In this document: positions 7,482 through 14,897 of the stretch, piece after piece
Layout of the letters: each line of letters starts with the position of its first letter
Position numbering within the stretch: the stretch's first letter is position 1
DNA from: Fibrobacterota bacterium
GTDB taxonomy: Bacteria; Fibrobacterota; Fibrobacteria; UBA11236
DNA length: 18,278 nucleotides
Reading direction: 5' to 3'
NCBI GenBank assembly: GCA_043753995.1
Contig: JAYUVP010000152.1
Coordinates: forward strand, 1-18,278
The notes under the pieces: generated by a model
Told to the model about the DNA's origin: nothing
Database searches by the model: none
Seen by the model: the letters and a program-made list of their open reading frames with translations, nothing else
Program-made: the position numbers and the translations under genes

Positions 7482-8481
7482 AGCGGAACCCATCGCCGAA
7501 GTCCGCGAATTCGCCTTTCTAATCAATCCCGTGAGCGGAGGCGGCATCGGCCGTTCCGTATTTCGCCACCTTCCGGAAATACTCGACAGCTTCGGAGTGT
7601 CGCGCCAGAGCTGGGTGGCCGAACTCACCGAAGCCTCCCAACTTGAGGAGCAAACCGACAGGCTTTTGGCCTCAGCCAAACGCGTCATCGCCGTGGGTGG
7701 CGACGGCACCATCGGTTTCGTGCTGAGTCGGCTGCGATATCGCAAGCGCAAGGATGTTGAAATCGGCCTTATCCCATTGGGTACGGGCAATGATCTCGGC
7801 CGGTCGCTTGGAGTGTTTCACGTCTACGATCAAAAAGGCTTGCTCGCCTGCGTGCAACGCCTGCTCAAGGCTCCGGCCATTCGATTCGACTTATGGAAGG
7901 TGAATGGCGAAAAGACCCTCGCCTCCTATGTCAGCCTCGGCATGGACGCGGCCATACTTCATGATTTCGATCAGGCCCGCAAGCATGGCAAAATCCCGCA
8001 GGGAGCCTTCTTCAACAAGCTCTATTATGTAAAGGCATTTTTCACGCGCGCCAGCTATCGCATGCCCTCGGGCGCGGTATTGCGCGTATGGCGGCGGGGT
8101 CGCCAAGAAGAAATTCCCTTGGCGGGAGCCAAGTGCTGCATCATTGCCAATATCAATTCCTATGCGTCGGGATCGCAGCCCTTTCCTGAAGGCCGAAGCG
8201 ACGATCGCCGCCTCGAAGTGCTGGTCATACGCCGACTGCGCCATTACTTACTCATGATGGCTGTCTCTAAGCTTTGGCCTCGGGCCACGCGCTGGCTAAG
8301 ACGCTGGCTTCCCTTGCGACAAGCCGAAAAATTGGAAGTGACCCTGGAAAATTCCGAATTCGCCCAACTGGATGGTGAAGACATCAGCGAATTCGTGAGC
8401 CAAGGTCTCGCCTTGCGTGTGGAGCCCGCAGGGCAAGCTCGCCTTCTTGATTTAAGGCAGTCGGTTTTCAGCCTTTTTTGA
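7471..8481 (+). CDS. Diacylglycerol kinase family lipid kinase
   Basis: INPVSGGG, AVGGDGT, IPLGTGNDL, SLGMDA and QLDGE. Start moved from 7393 to the ATG at 7471 (MPTEAEP), which gives an 11-bp overlap with the upstream gene. Confidence 0.9.
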   Translation: MPTEAEPIAEVREFAFLINPVSGGGIGRSVFRHLPEILDSFGVSRQSWVAELTEASQLEEQTDRLLASAKRVIAVGGDGTIGFVLSRLRYRKRKDVEIGLIPLGTGNDLGRSLGVFHVYDQKGLLACVQRLLKAPAIRFDLWKVNGEKTLASYVSLGMDAAILHDFDQARKHGKIPQGAFFNKLYYVKAFFTRASYRMPSGAVLRVWRRGRQEEIPLAGAKCCIIANINSYASGSQPFPEGRSDDRRLEVLVIRRLRHYLLMMAVSKLWPRATRWLRRWLPLRQAEKLEVTLENSEFAQLDGEDISEFVSQGLALRVEPAGQARLLDLRQSVFSLF

Positions 8482-9220
8482 TCACCCGTAACATGCCTGC
8501 GACGTCGTCGGCCACCACTGCGGCAAGTCCGGCCTGCTCGGCCTTGGCAAAAGCGGAATCGCCGTGTAGGCCCCAAACCAAGATATGATTCGGAGCAGGT
8601 AGCGGTAAACCCGCTTCCTGCCTCCGCAGCCAAATGGCATATTCCAAGCTGTGATAGCGCAAATGCTTTAGGGGATGATGGGTGGGTAAGCCCATGACCC
8701 GTGCGAATTGTGCCTCGTCCTCGTAAATCGCACCGAGATTCGGAAAGCGGCTTTCTCTTTGCAGTTGTTCCATGAGAGGAAGGTGAAAGCTCGCTAAAAA
8801 GGTTTCGGGATGGGGATTGGCCAATTGCAGTGCTGAAATGCACGCGGTCGCCAGCGCATCCAAATAGGTTTTGTCCGTAACCTTGGCCTGTGGCACTTTC
8901 AATTCGAGATAAAACCGGCGCTCCCCGGAACGCCGCATGAATTCTTCGAATGTGGGCAGCGGTGCTGTCTTTCCGTTTTGCCGCAGGGTAAGCCCCCGCA
9001 ATTCGGCGGCATCCAAATCGAAAATCGATTCCCCTCTGCCCGCCAATCGCTTCAGGTCGTCGTCATGAAAAATCACCGGAATACCGTCCCGGCTAAGCTG
9101 TACATCGAATTCCACCCCATCGCATCCGGCCTCATAGGCGTCCTCGAAGGCTGGCAGGGAATTTTCAACTTGATTCCAGTGTGAGCCGCGATGAGCAAAA
9201 CGCCACGTATTTGCTTTCAT
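8468..9220 (-). CDS. Glycerophosphodiester phosphodiesterase (UgpQ/GlpQ family), no signal peptide
   Basis: AHRG, ENS, VEFDVQLSRDG, IFHDDDL, LPTFEE and LELK motifs; ATGA overlap with the glpD stop. Confidence 0.92.
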   Translation of the reverse strand: MKANTWRFAHRGSHWNQVENSLPAFEDAYEAGCDGVEFDVQLSRDGIPVIFHDDDLKRLAGRGESIFDLDAAELRGLTLRQNGKTAPLPTFEEFMRRSGERRFYLELKVPQAKVTDKTYLDALATACISALQLANPHPETFLASFHLPLMEQLQRESRFPNLGAIYEDEAQFARVMGLPTHHPLKHLRYHSLEYAIWLRRQEAGLPLPAPNHILVWGLHGDSAFAKAEQAGLAAVVADDVAGMLRVIKKG

Positions 9221-10815
9221 TCCTTTTGCTCCCCGGGAGCCACCGCCAAGTGACGGTAACGCCTCAAATACGCTGGATAATCTGCTGTTTCACCCAACAT
9301 TTTTTCCGCTCCGGGAAAGGCAGAAGCGAAAACTCCGCGCGCCATCGGAAGTGCCGACAATCCGCCGTCGGGAGTGAAAAACAAACGCGTTCGGCGGCGG
9401 AAAAAATCCACGGGAGTTCGGGCATGCTCCTGGGCGATGGCGAAATCCAATTCCCCACGCAATACCGTGGCGCTACCGGGCAAGACCTCTTGCGCTTCGG
9501 GGCTTGTGCTCACCGCGGCCGCAACCGCGCGGGCCCGAATGCCATAACGCCGGCACCAGGCGGCAATCAGCTCTGGAGAGGCGAAGGCATGCTTTTGCAA
9601 ATCGGATATCAGCTTGGACTTGTCATTCGCATTGGCCCAAGCTCCCGGCAATGGGCGCGAATCCAGGGAGCGCTTCACTGCCCCTTTGCCCAGCATGTGG
9701 CGAAATAAATCCATCGCCAAGGGACGATGCGTGGTGTATTTGCCACCTACGGCACAAAAAAGACGCTCGCCGATTTTGTGAATGGCATGCTCGCGCGATA
9801 GCTTCGCGGTCAAACTGCGATTGGCTTTGGCCAGAGGTCTCACCCCGACGAAGGTGCCCAGGAGGCGCGGCCTATCCTCGGGAAAATAAAGACCGAGCAA
9901 GTCCAGCAATTCTTCGATTTCCTGTGCCGTCGGCACGGGCGATTCGGGGATATCTCCGGGAATTTCGTATTCGGTGGTTCCCACCCAATGCCAGCCTGTG
10001 CCATCGGGAATCACAAAAAAGTAGCGCGGGCTTTTGGGTACCGGCAAAATCAGGCATTCGCGCGCCGACAACCCATCCACAATCAAATGGATGCCTTGAC
10101 TACGTCTCACCCACTGCGTGTTTTGCCCCGCCGCCTGTCGGACAAATTGGTCGGTCCAGGGTCCGGCTAATACCGCCCCGCGCTGGGCGTGTACTACTTG
10201 CTCGCGGCCAGTGAGGCGATTGAGGACGGTGAATTCGACCCGTCCTCCCTCCTCCTGCATGCCGGTCACCTGGTGATAATTGTGCACCGAAGCCCCCAAG
10301 CTTTCGGCATCCAGTATGGTTTCTAGGCAAAGTCGGGCATCGTCCATGACGCAATCGGCATAGGCATAGGCGCCTTGCCGGCTTTTGGGCAAAAAGCCCG
10401 GCTCCGAAGCCGCAAAGGCCTGCGGGCCTAACCAGCGATGGCCGCCCAAATGCTCGGACCCGGCCAAGCCATCATAAAGCATCATGCCGCATTTGATGAG
10501 AAAGCGACCATGCCGACCCTGGGGCACGAGGGGAAAATGAAAGCGTCTTTCCTCGGCCAAGTGGGGCGCCAGGCGCAGCCAGCGTGAGCGCTCGCGCACA
10601 GCATCACGTACCAGGCCGAAGTCATAGGTTTCGAGATAACGCAGGCCGCCATGCAAGAGCTTGGAGGTATTGCTGCTGGCGCCCTGTCCGAAGTCTCCCG
10701 CTTCGAAAAGCGCGACTCGGAGACCCTGAAAAGCCGCAAGCCTCGCCAAAGCGGCGCCATTGATGCCGCCGCCGACCACCACTAGGTCAAAACTCGAATT
10801 GGTAGATTGTCCCAC
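9217..10815 (-). CDS. glpD: FAD-dependent glycerol-3-phosphate dehydrogenase/oxidase
   Basis: FDLVVVGGGINGA, DFGQGASSNTSKLLHGGLRYLE, DDARL, AGPW, VGTT, GVRPL, SREH, GGKYTT and RRTRL. The start is uncertain: GTG at 10815 is preferred because the ORF-track start (11043) overlaps the divergent gene. Confidence 0.92.
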   Translation of the reverse strand: MGQSTNSSFDLVVVGGGINGAALARLAAFQGLRVALFEAGDFGQGASSNTSKLLHGGLRYLETYDFGLVRDAVRERSRWLRLAPHLAEERRFHFPLVPQGRHGRFLIKCGMMLYDGLAGSEHLGGHRWLGPQAFAASEPGFLPKSRQGAYAYADCVMDDARLCLETILDAESLGASVHNYHQVTGMQEEGGRVEFTVLNRLTGREQVVHAQRGAVLAGPWTDQFVRQAAGQNTQWVRRSQGIHLIVDGLSARECLILPVPKSPRYFFVIPDGTGWHWVGTTEYEIPGDIPESPVPTAQEIEELLDLLGLYFPEDRPRLLGTFVGVRPLAKANRSLTAKLSREHAIHKIGERLFCAVGGKYTTHRPLAMDLFRHMLGKGAVKRSLDSRPLPGAWANANDKSKLISDLQKHAFASPELIAAWCRRYGIRARAVAAAVSTSPEAQEVLPGSATVLRGELDFAIAQEHARTPVDFFRRRTRLFFTPDGGLSALPMARGVFASAFPGAEKMLGETADYPAYLRRYRHLAVAPGEQKE

Positions 10816-10864
10816 CTTCGACCCATGCTCAAAAGAAGGGCGCGGGCCATCCCCGGACGGAACC

Positions 10865-11935
10865 ATGTTTAAGGCCATTCCTTCATTATCCTCATTATGC
10901 GCATTTTCCCTGGTCAGTGGCATGCTTTGCGCCAGCCAACCTGCGGCGGCCCCGAAAGGCTCCTCAGGATCGAGCAAGCTGTCCCCGAACTCGGTCGTCA
11001 TCACCGTGGGGGCAGCCAGCATTAAAAAAGTGCAAATCGACACCCTGGTGAATCTGATGATTAAAGCACGGGAAGTTCAAGGCCAACCGGGTGGGCCGAA
11101 TGACCGCGCCAATCTCGAAAAATTGGTAGCCACCAATTTGATTGGGCAGGAATTGCTTGATCTAGAAGCGAAAAAGCAAAACCTCGTCATCAGCGACAAA
11201 GACGTCGATTCGGCCTATCTCTCCTTTCGCGGCAAATTCCCGGATGCCAAGGCCTTTGAAGCCGCGCTAAAGCAAACGGGCGAAGATGAAAAAGCCCTCA
11301 AGGTCAAATTGATTCGGCAGCTCAAGGCCGATAAATTGCTCAACTCCCGCGTGGGGCAGCTCGCCATGCCCACCGACAAGGAAGCCGAAGAGTTTTTCAA
11401 TGGGAACAAAGCGCTTTTCCCCGTCAATGATTCCTTACGCGCCTGCCAAATTCTGCTCAATGCACCGAAAGAACTTTCCACCGCCGAATCCAATCGTAAG
11501 CGCGATCAGCTCGAAGGCCTGCGCAAAGAGTTAATCAAGGACAGCGCCGCTCCCTTTCTCCTTTTGCGCAAGTTTCTGATGGCCGCCTCGCAACTCGGCG
11601 AAGGTCCGGAAAAGAAAGCCGGTGGCGACTTGAATCGTTTCAAGCCAAGCGACTTTCATCAAGATTTCAGCAAACAGGTCAAGCCGCTCAAGGTCGGAGC
11701 TCTCTCCCCGGTTTTCCGCACCCCCCTGGGTTGGCATTTGGTCATTCTCACCGAGCGCAATGACGGCAAATTTGAGAGCTATAAGCTCGCCATTGCCCAA
11801 ATGCTCATGAGTCAAAAAACCATGAAAACCGGTAAAGAATTGCGCACTTATTTGCAGTCCTTGGCGGCGAAGTATAAGGTGAAATTCAAGTCGGCCAACT
11901 ATATCGATTCGACCGAAGCCGGCGTCTACCACTGA
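10865..11935 (+). CDS. SurA/PrsA-like exported chaperone with one parvulin-type PPIase domain
   Basis: Signal peptide from the ATG at 10865 (MFKAIPSLSSLCAFSLVSGMLCA); SurA_N-like helical region (LIGQELLDLEAKK...ISDKDVD); parvulin motifs GGDL, LKVGALSPVFRTPLGWHLV. Confidence 0.88.
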   Translation: MFKAIPSLSSLCAFSLVSGMLCASQPAAAPKGSSGSSKLSPNSVVITVGAASIKKVQIDTLVNLMIKAREVQGQPGGPNDRANLEKLVATNLIGQELLDLEAKKQNLVISDKDVDSAYLSFRGKFPDAKAFEAALKQTGEDEKALKVKLIRQLKADKLLNSRVGQLAMPTDKEAEEFFNGNKALFPVNDSLRACQILLNAPKELSTAESNRKRDQLEGLRKELIKDSAAPFLLLRKFLMAASQLGEGPEKKAGGDLNRFKPSDFHQDFSKQVKPLKVGALSPVFRTPLGWHLVILTERNDGKFESYKLAIAQMLMSQKTMKTGKELRTYLQSLAAKYKVKFKSANYIDSTEAGVYH

Positions 11936-11969
11936 TTTCCCTGGCGCCTCGACCGCGCTCCAAAAGCCT

Positions 11970-13970
11970 GTGAACACGGACCCCTTTGTTGGCCAGCGCA
12001 TTGAAAAATGCCGCGTGCTTAAGCCCCTGAGCCGGGGGGGCTATGGCACAACTTATTTGGCTTTCGACGAAGAGTTGCAAGCCCATCGCGTCCTCAAGGT
12101 CAGTCACGACTTGATCGGCACCGATGCCGTGGCCGAAAGACAGCTCAAAGCCTTTCTCGAAGAAGGCTTAATACTCTCCCGCCTGAAGCATCCTCAAATC
12201 GTGACCTTGCGAGCCCAAGGCGAATATCATGGCCGACGTTATATGGTCCTTGATTTCGTCGAAGGCTATAGCCTGCGCGAAACCTTGGAAAGCCTGAAAA
12301 ACGAACAGGGCAAAACCGGCTTGACCTGGCCCTCTTTGCTTGATCCCCTGACCGCGACGGCCATCATCGCCTCGACCTTGGAACCTCTGGCCTATGCCCA
12401 TGAGGCCAAGGTGCGCTTGCCTGGACGCGAGGTGAATGGCGTGGCACATCGCGACATTGCCCCTGGCAATTTGATTCTTGGCCAGCATGGGGATGAACAA
12501 GGCAAGGTTGTGCTCATCGACTTCGGCACCGCGAAAACCGATTTAGCGGAAATGGTGACCCTGAATCAAAGCCTAATAGGCACCTTACCGTATATGAGCA
12601 AGCCGCGTTTGCAGCGGGCCCAATCCCAGGAGCAGGCTCTCGCCCAGCAGGCATTCTGGAGTGATTACTCCGAAACGCGAAATGACATTCATGCCTTAGG
12701 CGTTCTCTATGCCCAATTGCTTCTGGGCCAATTGCCTTTCCGCGGGGAAATGGCCCCGGAAATCTTGGTCAATATTTTGGATCAGCGCAATTATCACAAG
12801 CTTTATCAGGAGGTGGAAAAGGCCTTTCCCCAGGCCTTGTCACTCATCGAGCGCATGGTGGTTTGGTTTGATGTCAATTTGCCCCTGAATGAACAAGGCC
12901 GGCAATTCCGCGATGCTGCCGAATTGCGTCCTTTATTCCAGGAGTTTTACCAAAGCCTTTCGCCGAAAATAACGCCGCACGAAAGGGTATTGCGACTTAA
13001 TAAAACCATTAAGGCACTTAGACCGGTCGCCGAAACAACCGTCCTTAAGCAAGGAATTCCTGAAGGCTCCTCCCGCGCCAAGGTGACATCGGTGACACCC
13101 TTGGAGTTTCGCCCCAAGTCCTCTGCCCTGGCCGCCGAGACCAAGGCCCAAGGCGGTGGGGACGTGCAAGAAACGCCTCCCCCCTATGCTCCCCGTACCG
13201 TGCGCTTGGAAATCTCTCGTCCTAAATCCAAGGTCGGGATTGGGTGGATACTTCTGCCCACGGCCATGCTGATTTTAGTGGCCCTCTTTCTCTGGCTGAA
13301 TGTTCGCGGCAAGGATTCGGAAAATCGAAAGTCGATACGCTTTGCCGCATTGGAACGCATTGAACCTCAAAGCGCCGATTCTCAAGCCCAAGAATCGAAT
13401 CCCATGGACCGACAAAAACCGGCCACCAAATCGGCAAAATCGACGCCAGGAAGCAGCAACAAAAACTCCGCCAAAGCCATTCAAAATCTTTCAGACTCCC
13501 TTCGGATTGAACTAGCCCAAAAGTCGGGTACCCAAATGGGCCTAACTCTTGAGCAGGCCAGAGAACCTTTGACTTTGGAGCTTTTGACCTCCCTGCAAAA
13601 TCGCATTCGCGCCCGAGATACCAGCGTTTTCAGCGAACTCTCCTTGAGATTACAAGGGAATCCCAAATCCGTCGATTTGCGGTATTTGCGCATGCGCTGG
13701 GTCATGGAGCAAGAGGCCGCCCAAGCCAAATTCCGTAGTGAATTGGCCGGACTTTATAAGCAATCTCCTCATTTAGTGGACCGCCGTGTTTTTGCAGAAA
13801 ACGCCTTATTTTGGGCCTGGCGCCTCAATTTCAAACTTTTTCAAGCCGAACCCAGCGAAGAAAATCGCATCGCCCTTATTCAGGCCAGCCATCAATATTT
13901 AGCGGCCTATGCTGAAAACCCCCTCTATGGGGAAAAAGTGCAAGCGGTACGCAGTTATCTTCCCCAATAA
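11970..13970 (+). CDS. Membrane-anchored Hanks-type protein kinase
   Basis: GTG start; LSRGGYGTTY, VLK, alphaC Glu (FLEEG), HPQIV, HRDIAPGN, LIDFG, GTLPYM and DIHALG; one TM helix (IGWILLPTAMLILVALFLWL); helical C-terminal domain. Confidence 0.9.
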   Translation: MNTDPFVGQRIEKCRVLKPLSRGGYGTTYLAFDEELQAHRVLKVSHDLIGTDAVAERQLKAFLEEGLILSRLKHPQIVTLRAQGEYHGRRYMVLDFVEGYSLRETLESLKNEQGKTGLTWPSLLDPLTATAIIASTLEPLAYAHEAKVRLPGREVNGVAHRDIAPGNLILGQHGDEQGKVVLIDFGTAKTDLAEMVTLNQSLIGTLPYMSKPRLQRAQSQEQALAQQAFWSDYSETRNDIHALGVLYAQLLLGQLPFRGEMAPEILVNILDQRNYHKLYQEVEKAFPQALSLIERMVVWFDVNLPLNEQGRQFRDAAELRPLFQEFYQSLSPKITPHERVLRLNKTIKALRPVAETTVLKQGIPEGSSRAKVTSVTPLEFRPKSSALAAETKAQGGGDVQETPPPYAPRTVRLEISRPKSKVGIGWILLPTAMLILVALFLWLNVRGKDSENRKSIRFAALERIEPQSADSQAQESNPMDRQKPATKSAKSTPGSSNKNSAKAIQNLSDSLRIELAQKSGTQMGLTLEQAREPLTLELLTSLQNRIRARDTSVFSELSLRLQGNPKSVDLRYLRMRWVMEQEAAQAKFRSELAGLYKQSPHLVDRRVFAENALFWAWRLNFKLFQAEPSEENRIALIQASHQYLAAYAENPLYGEKVQAVRSYLPQ

Positions 13971-13981
13971 TGACTCTGACC

Positions 13982-14010
13982 TTTAAACCTGGAGCAAAGC
14001 TTGTTAATTT
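13982..14010 (+). promoter_or_regulatory. Candidate promoter for rplU-rpmA
   Basis: TTTAAA (13982-13987), 17 bp spacer, TG-T-TAATTT (-10 at 14005-14010). Confidence 0.4.
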
Positions 14011-14047
14011 GCCTCTCCTCCATTTTTCAGACAGGTCAGGCACATCC

Positions 14048-14503
14048 ATGCCATCCATCTACTCCGTGATTGAATACGGCGGCTTCCAGCACAAGGTGAC
14101 GGTTGGTGAAACCGTACGTGTGCCATTGCAAGCGACTGCCAAGGTTGGCGACATTTTGACGGTTGGCGACGTTTTGCTTTTCGCTTCAGGCGATAAGGTG
14201 CAACTCGGCCAACCCAAGGTCGCTGGCGCCTTCGTCAAACTTGAAGTATTGCAGCATGACCGCGATGACAAAATCATTGTTTTCAAGCGCAAACGCCGCA
14301 AGCGCTATCGCTTGACCAAGGGTCATCGCCAGGACTTTACCGAAGTTCTCGTCACTGAAATCGCCGCGGGTGCCGACACGCAAAGTGTCGACGCCATCGT
14401 TCGTGAGCGCGCCCACAAGCGCGCCAAGGCCTTGCAGGCCATGAAAGTTCAGATCAAGAGCCCAACCCGCAAGGAAAAGGTCGCTGCTGCCGCTGCCGCC
14501 TAA
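14048..14503 (+). CDS. rplU: 50S ribosomal protein L21 with a C-terminal extension
   Basis: YSVIEYGGFQHKV, LGQP, KIIVFKRKRRKRY and GHRQDFT. Start moved from 13970 to the ATG at 14048. Confidence 0.97.
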   Translation: MPSIYSVIEYGGFQHKVTVGETVRVPLQATAKVGDILTVGDVLLFASGDKVQLGQPKVAGAFVKLEVLQHDRDDKIIVFKRKRRKRYRLTKGHRQDFTEVLVTEIAAGADTQSVDAIVRERAHKRAKALQAMKVQIKSPTRKEKVAAAAAA

Positions 14504-14539
14504 AGGCCAGCCCAGTACGACTCATCAAGGAAATCGACC

Positions 14540-14806
14540 ATGGCACATAAAAAAGGTCTAGGCAGTACCCGCAATAATCGCGATTCGAATCCGAAATACC
14601 GCGGCGTCAAGATGTATGGTGGCCAAACCGTCATTCCCGGCAATATCATTGTGCGCCAAACCGGCACGCATTGGCATGTTGGTGAAAATGTGGGAATGGG
14701 CCGCGACTATACCATTTTCAGCCTGATTGAAGGCGTGGTGAAGTTTGAGAACAAAACTCGCCAACGGCAAAAGGTCAGCGTTTATCCGCACCCTGCCGCG
14801 AATTGA
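14540..14806 (+). CDS. rpmA: 50S ribosomal protein L27
   Basis: [41 protein letters not shown] ribosome-binding site; directly follows rplU. Confidence 0.99.
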   Translation: MAHKKGLGSTRNNRDSNPKYRGVKMYGGQTVIPGNIIVRQTGTHWHVGENVGMGRDYTIFSLIEGVVKFENKTRQRQKVSVYPHPAAN

Positions 14807-14852
14807 GTTCCCTGCCGCGGGGCGAAATGTCGCTCCTTCGGTTGTTTTTCGC

Positions 14853-14887
14853 AAAGGCTGGCCTTCAAGGTCGGCCTTTCTTATTTT
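14853..14887 (+). terminator. Probable intrinsic terminator of rplU-rpmA
   Basis: AAAGGCTGGCCT-TCA-AGGTCGGCCTTT (12-bp stem with two G-U pairs) followed by CTTATTTT. Confidence 0.6.
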
Positions 14888-14897
14888 CGCCCGCGAA

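Noticed and set aside
9181..10214. Long + strand ORFs opposite glpD (175 and 236 aa) and similar shadow ORFs elsewhere
   Set aside because: They overlap well-supported genes, have no recognisable motifs and are expected in GC-rich coding DNA.
10816..11043. 76-aa N-terminal extension of GlpD
   Set aside because: Mostly antisense to the signal-peptide region of the SurA-like gene; the FAD-binding motif begins just after the GTG at 10815.
13970..14047. N-terminal extension of L21
   Set aside because: Spans the probable promoter region; L21 homology starts at MPSIYSVIE.
14745..14897. ORF-track extension of the lipoprotein overlapping rpmA
   Set aside because: Would bury the lipoprotein signal peptide and cross the terminator-like hairpin.
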